Below are positions 48,512 through 58,076 of a stretch of DNA of 64,000 nucleotides, one piece after another (the stretch's first letter is position 1; the number at the start of each line of letters is the position of its first letter). The notes under the pieces are model-generated. The model saw only the letters and a list, made by a program, of their open reading frames with translations. It made no database searches and was not told the DNA's origin. Source of the DNA: Candidatus Krumholzibacteriia bacterium (GTDB taxonomy: Bacteria; Krumholzibacteriota; Krumholzibacteriia; Krumholzibacteriales; Krumholzibacteriaceae); NCBI GenBank assembly GCA_963836185.1, contig CAWIIQ010000003.1, positions 352,001-416,000 on the forward strand. Reading direction: 5' to 3'. Made by a program: the position numbers and the translations under genes.

Positions 48512-51469
48512 TCAGTATTCAACCATGATCTCATCGGCGAATATCCATGCCGGGTGCCCCGCGCCGGGGTGCCATTCGGGGCAGACGCCGATGTTTTTTG
48601 CCCTCATCCTTATATACCTCACCCGTTTATTGATTCCCGCCTTCATGAAGTCCCTTGTCACGGAGCCCTCGAGCTCCTGCGGGATGGCATGTGTGAGCAC
48701 GGCCACGGTCTCGTACTTCTTCCCGTCTTTCGAGACGGCGAACTCGACCGACAGGGGCATGAAGATCCACGAACCCGTCTCCTGCAGGAATCCTGCCGCA
48801 ACGCTCTTTACCTTCCGTGTTTTTCCCAGGTCCATGACCGCCTCGAGATCCGTTCCCTGGTATCCCTGCCACATCCCCGTCCTGAAATTGTCGCCGCCGC
48901 GGACCCGGTCGATCAGGGCCATCTCGCCGCCGGCGGTATACATCGAGCTGTACTCAGAGTGGAGCTCGAGTGATATGTCGTCCGGGATCATCTCGAAGCG
49001 GGTGTCGACCACGGGGCTCGGATCCATCCCTTTCTTCAGGGCGACGGTCCTGATCTCCGCGGGCCTGTTGATCCTCAGCGGCCTCGTGTACATGTTCGAC
49101 CTGCGGGAAGGTTCGCTTCCGTCGGTCGTGTACCGGATCTCCGCATCCGGGTCGGCGCATCCCATCGTGACCTCGAGGGAACCGGAGAACGAGTAAGGTG
49201 TGGGATCGAGGAAAGGCGCGGGAAGGACGGGATGGTCGTCTATCCTCGACGGCGGCAGGTCCTCTTTCGCCGTTCCCCAGGATGAGCCCGCCGCAGGGCC
49301 CATCTCGAAAACCAGCTCGCCGCCGCCCATTATATCGTCGTGACGAAGATAGCTCTTCGTGTACGGCCTTCCCTTCCATGTCGCGCGCTGGATATAGACG
49401 TTCTCCCGGGACAGGCCGGAGGCTGTCACCTTGAATCTCTTGCCGTTCTCGAGCCGGATCTCCGCCTGTTCGAAGAGGGGTGACCCGATGATATATATGT
49501 CGGAGCCGGGCGTCACGGGGTAGAACCCGAGCGCGCTGAGGACATACCACGACGACATCTGTCCGCAGTCCTCGTTCCCGCAGAGCCCGTCGGGGGTGTC
49601 GCCGTACATCGTGTCCATGATCTCCCTGACACGCTCCTGCGTCTTACCGGGCTTCCCGGCGAAGTTGTAGAGGTAGGCCATGTGCTGGCTCGGCTCGTTT
49701 CCGTGGGCGTACTGGCCGATCAGCCCGCTCACGTCAGGCTGCTCGATGCCCGATGTTTCCGAAGAGGCCGTGAAGAGCTCATCGAGCCTGGCGGTGAAAG
49801 ACGCGGCGCCGCCCATCATCTCTATCAGTCCCTCGACGTCCTGCGGAACGTAGAAGGTGTACTGCCAGGCGTTCGCTTCGGTGTAGTGGAAGTTGATCTC
49901 GGAGGGGTCGAAGGGAGAGAGCCAGCCCCCGTTTATCCGCGGCCTCATGAATCCGGTCGACGGATCGAAGATGTGCCTGTACCCCTGGGCCCTCCGGATG
50001 AACCTCTCGTAATCCTTCTTCTCGCCGGTCAGCCTGGCGAACTCGGCGATGCACCAGTCATCGTAGGCGTATTCGAGGGTCCGCGACACTGAAGCGCCTT
50101 CGCTGCCCGCGGGGATGAATCCGTACTTCCTGTAATATTTCAGGCCCAGATGGTCCTGGTCGGCGCTGTGCTTCATCGCCTCGAGAGCGCGGGCCGGCTC
50201 GAAGCCCCGTATCCCCTTGATCCACGCGTCGACGATAACCGGTACCGAGTGATATCCGATCATCGTTCCCGTCTCGTTGGCCGAGAGCTCCCATACAGGC
50301 AGCATCCCGCCCTGTTCGTACTGGGTGAGCATCGTCTCGATGAAATCGGCGGTCCGCTCCCGCTCGATGATAGTGAAGAGAGGGTGTGTCGCGCGGTATG
50401 TGTCCCAGAGCGAGAATACGGTGTAGTAGTCGAAGCCCTCCGCCTTGTGAACCTCGAGGTCCCGGCCCCTGTACCTGCCGTCGACGTCGACGTAGAGGTT
50501 GGGGGCGATCAGGCTGTGATAGAGGGAGGTGTAGAAGGTCGTCTTTTGCGCGTCCGTGCCGCCATCGACGAGTATCTTTCCGAGCGCGCCGTTCCAGAGC
50601 GCTTTCGCTTCTGAGCGCAGCCGCTCGAAATCCCAGTGCGGGATCTCAGCCTCGAGGTTCTTTCGCGCTCCATCGATGTCGACAGCCGATATGCCGATCT
50701 TCATCGTCACCTCGACACCATCGGCAGCCGCGCCAAAGGTGAGGAAGGCCTTGATATTCTCACCAGACGCCGATGACGCGCCTTCGAGCGTCCGGTCATT
50801 GAGGGCGACTCCGTATGCGGTAAAGGGCCGTGAGAACTCCGCGGAGAAATAGACATGCTGGTCTTTCGCCCACGCCCGTGAGCGCCTGTACCCCTCGATG
50901 CGCGTATCCCCGACCACGCGGATGGAAGAATCGATCACTCTGTCGCGATGAAGAAGGTCGACGATGATGTTCGCCTTCTCTCCGGCCGGGAATGTGTAGC
51001 GGTGCATCCCGGATCTCGCGGACACCGTCATCTCGGCTTCTATGCTGTAGTCGTCGAGATGGACCGCGTAGTACCCCGGCTCCGCCCTCTCCGTATCGTG
51101 CGTGAAGCGCGATTCGTAACCGCTGCCGGCCTCGTCTCCGATCCCCTGAACGAGCAGCGGCTCTCCCGTCATCGCCATGACGAGGATGTCGCCGTAGTCG
51201 GAGCATCCCGTCCCGCTGAGGTGAGTATGGCTGAATCCGTATACGACATCGTCGGAGTAGTGATACGCGGAGCATCCGTCCCAGCCGGTAAGCCTCGTGT
51301 CGGGGCCGAGCTGTATCATTCCGAATGGCACGGTCGCCGCAGGGAAAGTGTGCCCGTGTCCCCCGGTGCCGATAAGCGGATCGACATGGATGGTGAGATC
51401 CTCTGCTCCGGGTGAGCAGGAGACGATCGACAGCATGACCATCGCCGCGATAAGTGCCGCGCATTTCAT
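48512..51469 (-). CDS. GH92 alpha-mannosidase lipoprotein with FN3-like and discoidin-like C-terminal modules
   Basis: VDPLIGTGGHGHTFP...PFGMIQL, FSHTHLSGTG, FSLWDTYRA, HGNEPS, GNEDCGQMSSWY. Confidence 0.93.
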   Translation of the reverse strand: MKCAALIAAMVMLSIVSCSPGAEDLTIHVDPLIGTGGHGHTFPAATVPFGMIQLGPDTRLTGWDGCSAYHYSDDVVYGFSHTHLSGTGCSDYGDILVMAMTGEPLLVQGIGDEAGSGYESRFTHDTERAEPGYYAVHLDDYSIEAEMTVSARSGMHRYTFPAGEKANIIVDLLHRDRVIDSSIRVVGDTRIEGYRRSRAWAKDQHVYFSAEFSRPFTAYGVALNDRTLEGASSASGENIKAFLTFGAAADGVEVTMKIGISAVDIDGARKNLEAEIPHWDFERLRSEAKALWNGALGKILVDGGTDAQKTTFYTSLYHSLIAPNLYVDVDGRYRGRDLEVHKAEGFDYYTVFSLWDTYRATHPLFTIIERERTADFIETMLTQYEQGGMLPVWELSANETGTMIGYHSVPVIVDAWIKGIRGFEPARALEAMKHSADQDHLGLKYYRKYGFIPAGSEGASVSRTLEYAYDDWCIAEFARLTGEKKDYERFIRRAQGYRHIFDPSTGFMRPRINGGWLSPFDPSEINFHYTEANAWQYTFYVPQDVEGLIEMMGGAASFTARLDELFTASSETSGIEQPDVSGLIGQYAHGNEPSQHMAYLYNFAGKPGKTQERVREIMDTMYGDTPDGLCGNEDCGQMSSWYVLSALGFYPVTPGSDIYIIGSPLFEQAEIRLENGKRFKVTASGLSRENVYIQRATWKGRPYTKSYLRHDDIMGGGELVFEMGPAAGSSWGTAKEDLPPSRIDDHPVLPAPFLDPTPYSFSGSLEVTMGCADPDAEIRYTTDGSEPSRRSNMYTRPLRINRPAEIRTVALKKGMDPSPVVDTRFEMIPDDISLELHSEYSSMYTAGGEMALIDRVRGGDNFRTGMWQGYQGTDLEAVMDLGKTRKVKSVAAGFLQETGSWIFMPLSVEFAVSKDGKKYETVAVLTHAIPQELEGSVTRDFMKAGINKRVRYIRMRAKNIGVCPEWHPGAGHPAWIFADEIMVEY

Positions 51470-51483
51470 CGTGATTTCCTCTT

Positions 51484-54102
51484 TCAGTAAGTATCCCTGA
51501 GAGTCCTGATCCTGATCCTGTCTTTTATCTCTTCGGCCGGAATATCGGTGTCGACAGTTACATTTATCGTCTTGCCGGGGAGGATGTCGAAGAAGTTGTC
51601 GGAGAAATGGCATCCATCGAGTTCCAGGAAGACATTCTTCGCCAGCACATCGGATGTCAGAGCCAGAGCGGTCCCCGAAGCGCCTTGAGATATTTCGAAG
51701 CTGACTTCGGCATCTGGAAGCTTCATCCCTTTTGGATGCTCGAAGTACCGGATCGCGACGGGCGGCTTCTCTCCGGGGCACGTGAATTCGGCCGAAAATA
51801 CCACGGCCATACGGTCAACGCCTGCCAGGATCTGGTCGAGAGGGATGGAGAATATATTTACGCTCGTATTCGCCGGTGCTTTTACCGCTATCGTCCTGTC
51901 CCACAACTCCTCTCCGTCAAACCCGGTGAGTCTCATCGTCATCCAGCCACCGATCTCCTCGAGCCTGTCGGAGACTATGTAGATGTCGAGCATGCCGTCT
52001 TTGATCCCGGTCGATACGAGGACAGGCTCGAACGCTTTCTTCACGGTATAGTGCAGCGCCTTCCACTGGCCCGCGAAATCGATGCTGGACCACGAGACGG
52101 CAGGCCAGCAGTCTCCCAGCTGCCAGTACAGCGTCCCCATGCAGTACGGCATGGCGCGCCTCTGCGCTTCGAACCCGATCCGCATTCCCTCGGCCTGCAG
52201 GAGCTGGCTGACGTAGATGTAGTCCTCGAACTTCTCCGGCACGCGGTACCAGCGCTCCATGTATTCACGGATAAGCTCGTATCCGAGCGGATGCTTCTGA
52301 TGGCTCAGCATGGCCGCGGAGTCGAGGCGCCTCTCATCGGGATCGGTGAACATCTCGATCGTCCTCATCGACGGGAGCGACTGGAAGCCGAACTCGCTCA
52401 TGAACCGGGGTATCTTCTCTTCGAGGATCTCGAACGGCTCAGCATCGTGCCAGACTCCCCAGTAGTGAGCGTCCCCCTCGGTCAGGCTCCGCGGGTCGGC
52501 CCTGCCGTATCTCGGCGAGGAATGGATGTACGGGCGGATCCGCTTGGTTTTATTATTGTCGACCAGGCTGACCCTGCCCGGGAGCACACTGTCGAAAAGT
52601 TTGTTGTACGATTTCCATATCGCTTCTCGCTCCCCGGCCGAATAGTCGTCCTGAAACCCCCAGTTGTGCCACCCTTCGTCGATCTCGTTGTTGCCGCACC
52701 ACAGGGCCAGACATGTATGATTGTATATACGCCTTATGTTGTCCCTGGCCTCGCCCCTGGCGTTTGCTAGAAACTCCTTGTCGCCGGGATACATGGCGCA
52801 GGCATACATGAAGTCCTGCCATACGATGAGGCCGAGCGAATCGCACAGATCGTAAAATATATCTGACTCGTATATTCCACCTCCCCAGACACGGAGCATG
52901 TTCATGTTCGCGTCTTTTGCCGCCGTAAGCATCCTGCGGTAGTCTCCGGGGCCGGGCCGCGGCAGGAAGCTGTCCATCGGGATCCAGTTCGCCCCCTTCA
53001 TGAATACCGGTACACCGTTGATCTTCATGAAAAAAGATTCGCCAGACTCGTCCTTTTCATTGACCAGCTCGATGGTCCTTAACCCGAAGGACAGCTCGGC
53101 TGAATCGATCAGGACATCGTCGAGCCGTGCCTCGATCGTGTATCTCTCCATAGGCTGTTCGCCGAGCCCGGCCGGCCACCAGAACTGCGGGGCGGGGAGC
53201 CGGAATTCAAAAACGGCTGATGTGCTGCTGGGGCGACCTGCCTCGTATCCTAGATGTTTGGGGTATTTGTATCGCAAGCCCCTGATATTATCGATAAGGG
53301 CTATTTCGCCGTCAGCTTCCCGGGAATTGTTCAGGGAGACGTCGACAGCTACTACAGCTCTCTCCCTGGAGAGCGCCATGGTCCTGACGGTGAAGCTTTG
53401 GATATGGAAGCCGGACCAGCCTGTGATCCGCACAGGCTTCCATATTCCGCATGTGACGAATCGCGGCCCCCAGTCCCAGCCGTAGTGATATGCCGCTTTC
53501 CGCGTGAAGACCCTGTCACCGCCGGGGAGGCCGTACCCGAGGGCGGCTCTCTTTTCCGCTTCGATCGGGCCGGGCGGGAGAAATTTTATCTCGAGAGTGT
53601 TCTCGCCTTTTATTAACAGGGATTTGATCCAGACCTTCCACTTGCGGAACATATTATCCGCGGAAAGCAGGTGTTCGCCGTTCAGGGTGATCTCGGCATA
53701 TGTGTCGAGCCCCTCGAATTCGAGGGTGATGCGATCATACTGGAACAGGGAGTCGTCCGCGACGAATGTGCATCTGTAGGCCCATTCCTTTTTCTCGATC
53801 CATTGAAGGCCATTCTCGTTGTTGCCGAAGAAAGGGTCGGGTATGACGCCGCCGGCGAACAGGTCGGTGTGTACGCAGCCGGGCACGGTAGCGGGAAGCC
53901 AGTCATCGTCGCTGCCTGCCTCGCGAAACTGCCAGCCCGAATCGAGCTCGACTACGGTTTTCGGCCTCGGCGCGCTTTTCTGCTGTGAATCGCACGAAGC
54001 GAGAGCTGTGCAGATCATCGATGTTAAGATTATTGCGGCAGCCGTTCTCATGGAGCGGATTATGTTACAGGCGGCCATGGACGGTCTACACGAAATTCTC
54101 AA
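51484..54102 (-). CDS. GH2 beta-mannosidase lipoprotein
   Basis: RKAAYHYGWDWGP, KGANWIP, NMLRVWGGGIYE, WCGNNE, RFMSEFGFQS. The true start may be about 54051. Confidence 0.93.
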   Translation of the reverse strand: MRISCRPSMAACNIIRSMRTAAAIILTSMICTALASCDSQQKSAPRPKTVVELDSGWQFREAGSDDDWLPATVPGCVHTDLFAGGVIPDPFFGNNENGLQWIEKKEWAYRCTFVADDSLFQYDRITLEFEGLDTYAEITLNGEHLLSADNMFRKWKVWIKSLLIKGENTLEIKFLPPGPIEAEKRAALGYGLPGGDRVFTRKAAYHYGWDWGPRFVTCGIWKPVRITGWSGFHIQSFTVRTMALSRERAVVAVDVSLNNSREADGEIALIDNIRGLRYKYPKHLGYEAGRPSSTSAVFEFRLPAPQFWWPAGLGEQPMERYTIEARLDDVLIDSAELSFGLRTIELVNEKDESGESFFMKINGVPVFMKGANWIPMDSFLPRPGPGDYRRMLTAAKDANMNMLRVWGGGIYESDIFYDLCDSLGLIVWQDFMYACAMYPGDKEFLANARGEARDNIRRIYNHTCLALWCGNNEIDEGWHNWGFQDDYSAGEREAIWKSYNKLFDSVLPGRVSLVDNNKTKRIRPYIHSSPRYGRADPRSLTEGDAHYWGVWHDAEPFEILEEKIPRFMSEFGFQSLPSMRTIEMFTDPDERRLDSAAMLSHQKHPLGYELIREYMERWYRVPEKFEDYIYVSQLLQAEGMRIGFEAQRRAMPYCMGTLYWQLGDCWPAVSWSSIDFAGQWKALHYTVKKAFEPVLVSTGIKDGMLDIYIVSDRLEEIGGWMTMRLTGFDGEELWDRTIAVKAPANTSVNIFSIPLDQILAGVDRMAVVFSAEFTCPGEKPPVAIRYFEHPKGMKLPDAEVSFEISQGASGTALALTSDVLAKNVFLELDGCHFSDNFFDILPGKTINVTVDTDIPAEEIKDRIRIRTLRDTY

Positions 54103-54626
54103 CGCAGAAGGACCATCTTGTGTGTCCTTACCCGGCTGTTTGCGGCAAGACTGTAGAAATAGACACCGCTCGCCAGGATCGAACCCTCGTCGTCCGTTCC
54201 GTTCCAGACCACCTCGTGACTGCCCGCTTCCCTCTGTTCTCCGAGAAGGACACGGACGAGCCGTCCCTCTACGTCGTATATCCTCAGGTCGATATGCCCG
54301 GCATCGGGGATGTCGAACGCTATCGTCGTCGATGGATTGAACGGATTGGGGTAATTCCGCGCGAAGAGCGGGAGCGGAGGATTATTCCCGGTCCCTGTCG
54401 GAGGCGTGTTCCCCTGACCATTGATGCGCTGCGCGAAGATGCCGGGCGACGCGAAATGGTTGTACCATGTGACGACCGCGCCTCCCGTTCCGTCGGAGAT
54501 GATCTCGGAGTCCTGCTCCTCCCCGGTTACCTGGGCCACAGGCACGCCGTTTTCCTGCCACTGAGCGTGGGCATGAGAGAACGCCAGCAGCAGGCAGATC
54601 GACACGCAGATCAGACTGTTTTTCAT
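54099..54626 (-). CDS. Small secreted protein with one SDGxGGA repeat and a FlgD-Ig/T9SS-type CTD
   Basis: Signal peptide AHA|QWQENG, NYPNPFNP...SGVYF...KMVLLR. Confidence 0.75.
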   Translation of the reverse strand: MKNSLICVSICLLLAFSHAHAQWQENGVPVAQVTGEEQDSEIISDGTGGAVVTWYNHFASPGIFAQRINGQGNTPPTGTGNNPPLPLFARNYPNPFNPSTTIAFDIPDAGHIDLRIYDVEGRLVRVLLGEQREAGSHEVVWNGTDDEGSILASGVYFYSLAANSRVRTHKMVLLR

Positions 54627-54687
54627 GATTGTGCCTCCGGTCGGCCAGGTGAGATTTCCAGGCAGGATCTATTTTGTCTTGCTCCTC

Positions 54688-56268
54688 TCAGTGAAATTTG
54701 ATGCCACCGTTCTGGTACAGGTATAGATGCCCGCTGTGAATGCGCATCCCCTTCGACTGATCTCCCCGTGCGAAGAGGCGAGAGTTGCTGGCGCTCCATC
54801 CCCTGAATTCTATTTTCCCTCCCGTGGTGCTCGTGCATCTTACCGTGATCCCCGGCAGGAACTGCAGGTAATGACCGGCGTCAAATATCGCGGCGGTCCC
54901 GGTCGCGTCACGGTCGAAGTAGCGGTAGGGAAATGATGGAGGTGAGTACGTTCCCGATAGCGAGCTTCCCAGTGCGCAGCTCGGGTATATGTTCTCGAGC
55001 ATGTATTCCTCGGCTATTCCACCGTAGAGCAGAGCGTCGAGTGTATACCAGGTGGTGGCATTACTCGCCCATCCGTAGTTCATGTGGTATTCACGAAGGG
55101 GAGTTGTGCCTGTTTCCTGCCATCCGTCTCCGACGATCGAATGTCCCTCGACCCTGTAATGAACGGGACGGTTCGCGTTGAACTGTGATTTCATGCGGTC
55201 GAACCACTCCACAGCGGTGTAGCTGCTACGATTCCGTTTCGTGCAGGCAGTCGCGTAACGGTAATGGTTTTCGTAAACACCCTCCATGTACTCAGTGGGG
55301 ATGCCTGAACCGCAGACCCCGTAGTCCATCTCTACGGCTACGCCGACCTCGTAGCAGAGTTCCTGCACCGCAGAGAGATTGGTCGAGTTCAAGGGTGCAG
55401 AATTCTCGTCCTCCCATCTGCTCAGCCCCGTATTCCATGTATACGCGTTCGCCATATGAGCCCAGTCGTAGGTATCGGTGATTGTGACATTGAGCAGTCC
55501 CCCACCGGTGGCACCATCGCAGGAGTTGTCTCCATCCCATGTGTAGCTGTTGTTCGAGCTCCCGTACGGGGGCCAGGACCAGTATTTCATGATCTGGGCG
55601 CCCGCGGTTGCTACGCAACCGACCAGCGTCGGCGGGGTCGGCGGACAGACCCAGGGATCGGTTGGGCAGCAGTCAGTGCACCCCGTGTCACCAGTGGGGC
55701 AGAGGACATTATACGGATCACCCTGGTGCCAGTTTGTGTCGAGCAGGCTGTCACTTTCCTGGTAATTCATCTCGATGCCAAGATCGCCCCGCTCAAGCTC
55801 ATCCCATGACTGGCGGTAGTCGATCTCGAGAAGCCGCTCCAGATCCTCGCTCCGCACGTTGGCGAGGGCCCCGTGCCTCTGCTCGACATGATCGACTATC
55901 CTTTCCATCTTGCCCTTCAACAGGTCGACGAGTCCCCTGTCGGATTCGGGATCAAGGTTGCAGACAGCCGAATATGCCTTCACTGGTGCAAGTTCCCTTC
56001 GCAGCGAAACGATGATGTGGCCCTGTGGCTTCACACGGCAGAAATAGCCTATGGTCCTGCCGTTCCGCCTGAATTCCTCGATATCCTCGATCTCCGCGGT
56101 CGGGGAATCGCCCCATCCCCCCTTCTTGTCGATAATCAGCCGTATCCAGTTCTCGGCTACGGTCAACGCCTCGTCCCTGTCCACCATCTGGGCCCTGGCC
56201 TGTGGCGCGAAGCATGTCACTGCGATGGAGGCGATCATTATTGCTGTGAGTATCTTTTTCATGATCAT
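54688..56268 (-). CDS. Peptidase family C10 (streptopain-like) with Spi-like prodomain
   Basis: WHQGDPYN, GCVATAGAQIMKYW.WP, GHSIVGDG, YHMNYGW. Confidence 0.88.
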   Translation of the reverse strand: MIMKKILTAIMIASIAVTCFAPQARAQMVDRDEALTVAENWIRLIIDKKGGWGDSPTAEIEDIEEFRRNGRTIGYFCRVKPQGHIIVSLRRELAPVKAYSAVCNLDPESDRGLVDLLKGKMERIVDHVEQRHGALANVRSEDLERLLEIDYRQSWDELERGDLGIEMNYQESDSLLDTNWHQGDPYNVLCPTGDTGCTDCCPTDPWVCPPTPPTLVGCVATAGAQIMKYWSWPPYGSSNNSYTWDGDNSCDGATGGGLLNVTITDTYDWAHMANAYTWNTGLSRWEDENSAPLNSTNLSAVQELCYEVGVAVEMDYGVCGSGIPTEYMEGVYENHYRYATACTKRNRSSYTAVEWFDRMKSQFNANRPVHYRVEGHSIVGDGWQETGTTPLREYHMNYGWASNATTWYTLDALLYGGIAEEYMLENIYPSCALGSSLSGTYSPPSFPYRYFDRDATGTAAIFDAGHYLQFLPGITVRCTSTTGGKIEFRGWSASNSRLFARGDQSKGMRIHSGHLYLYQNGGIKFH

Positions 56269-56276
56269 AACCTCCC

Positions 56277-58061
56277 TTACTGCAGTGTGACGAGGACCAG
56301 TATCTGTCCCTTTTGACCTTTTTCCAGCCCTTCCATGGCCTTGCCGAGGATGGCTCCCCGGGCACGGGTGTCATCGGCCGCCTTCATCGCGTAACCCGGG
56401 ATGTCGGAGGTGGTCAGCTGGTCTCCCGGTTCGATCCCGGCCCTGGTCGCGTCCACGTTGCAGTAGACCCTTCCCGCCAGGGCGACATCGTGGTCGAACT
56501 CGCCCACTCCGAGACGGACGCCTGAGCCGAGCCCGTTTGCCCCGGCGACAATGCCGGCAACTCTGCTGTCGTACGGCCCGGTGCTCAGTGTCAGTTTGCC
56601 GGGATTACCTGAATCGATAATGAGCACCGATCCCGCGGAAATGCCTCTGTTTTCTGATACATCAAAGCCTTCCGCATAATCGAGGCCTTCACCGAGTTCC
56701 ATGACGGGGTTCCCTGTGCTCTGCGCCCTGATTATAACTTTCCCCCAGAAATCGCCTGCGTAGGCGCTCGATCCTCCTATTGCGAGTAGGCCAGTTCCGG
56801 CGGAGTGCGTGGCTCCGGCATACACCGCTACAGTATTGCTCTCACCCTTGACGCCGATGCCTTGGCCTTTTCCATAGACACCCACGGCCTGGTTGCCCCA
56901 GGTGGCTACAAAATAGCCGCCGTACCGCAGCGCTCCGTCACCACTCGCCCCGGTTGCGCCCATGACACCGATGCCATATGTGCCGTCCGCCTGGAAGCGT
57001 CCGCCGATGTTATTGGCTGAAGTGCCGTAGGCTGTAGCGTGACCCAGGACGGCGGTGCCGTTATTGCCCGCTGATTCGAAATAACCACCATAGTTGGTTA
57101 CATCTCCCGTACCCGCGGCTTCCGCGTAGATGCCCCTGCCAGTGCCGGTGTTGGTTATTGCCAGCGCGTTGCCGCTGGTCGAGGTCATGCCCGAATAGGG
57201 CAGAGTCAATCCCTCGACACCGGAGTCTGCCGTCGTCTGGAGAGTCCCGTCGGGGAACCTGAATCCCCCCGTCGTGGAGTGGATGGTCCCGACAACCTGC
57301 AGCGCTTCCGTGGGAGTTTCCGTTCCGATACCCACATTGCCGCCGTAAGGGTTGAGGCTAAGATCACCCCCGGCGAATTCGTTCACGTTCTGCAGGCGGA
57401 GATCGTCCTCGCTGTCATCATACCAGAGGTACGCCTTGAAATTTCCCCCTTCGTAGAAGGACATGAAGACATCCTCGGTGAGGGGAGCGGAAAGGGAGAG
57501 CTGTCCCCTCGAGGTGACGGGTGAGCCCTCTATGTGGAGATAGGTCTCAGGAGCCAGCGTGCCTATCCCGACCTCACCTTCATTGTCGACATAGAGAGCA
57601 TCTGCAGGATCTCCGTCTGCGGCATCGAGTGAATGCCCATCCCCTGTCGCTCCGCCCGCCGTTATGGCTGAATCTGCGATGGCCGCCCTGAAGGACCATG
57701 GAACCGAGGTGATCCTCGTGCGGGGCTCCATCTGGTCATCGCTGTCGACCGTTATCCCGATCCAGCGGCCCTCTTCATCGAAGGTGAAAGCTGGAACAGG
57801 GGTCGTGGCGCCCAGTATGACGTTGAAGAGCCCTTCGTCCAGAAGCACTCCCGCATGTATCTCCTCCCAGATCGGAGGCCCAGTCGACAAGCTGTCGTCA
57901 TAGATGCTGAAAGTGAGATCATGAGTCCCCGTGATCGGCGTGCCTCCTGTATCCGTTATTATCCCCTGGTAATTGATGAGATGGGGGACGCCGGCAGAGG
58001 CACATGTCACACAGAGGAGGATGATGGCCGATGTTAGAGTACAAACGGTAAGACTTTTCAT
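56277..58061 (-). CDS. Secreted fibre/tailspike-like protein with C-terminal intramolecular chaperone (peptidase G2-like) domain
   Basis: VPHLINYQG head, VGIGT..P repeats, Gly-rich G(V/I)YG repeats, DYAE...VALAGRV...PGDQLTTS...ILGKA. Confidence 0.75.
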   Translation of the reverse strand: MKSLTVCTLTSAIILLCVTCASAGVPHLINYQGIITDTGGTPITGTHDLTFSIYDDSLSTGPPIWEEIHAGVLLDEGLFNVILGATTPVPAFTFDEEGRWIGITVDSDDQMEPRTRITSVPWSFRAAIADSAITAGGATGDGHSLDAADGDPADALYVDNEGEVGIGTLAPETYLHIEGSPVTSRGQLSLSAPLTEDVFMSFYEGGNFKAYLWYDDSEDDLRLQNVNEFAGGDLSLNPYGGNVGIGTETPTEALQVVGTIHSTTGGFRFPDGTLQTTADSGVEGLTLPYSGMTSTSGNALAITNTGTGRGIYAEAAGTGDVTNYGGYFESAGNNGTAVLGHATAYGTSANNIGGRFQADGTYGIGVMGATGASGDGALRYGGYFVATWGNQAVGVYGKGQGIGVKGESNTVAVYAGATHSAGTGLLAIGGSSAYAGDFWGKVIIRAQSTGNPVMELGEGLDYAEGFDVSENRGISAGSVLIIDSGNPGKLTLSTGPYDSRVAGIVAGANGLGSGVRLGVGEFDHDVALAGRVYCNVDATRAGIEPGDQLTTSDIPGYAMKAADDTRARGAILGKAMEGLEKGQKGQILVLVTLQ

Positions 58062-58076
58062 TTCAATCGCCCCTCT

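Noticed and set aside
56277-58061. Prophage tail gene
   Set aside because: It has a Sec signal peptide and no capsid, terminase, integrase or other phage genes nearby.
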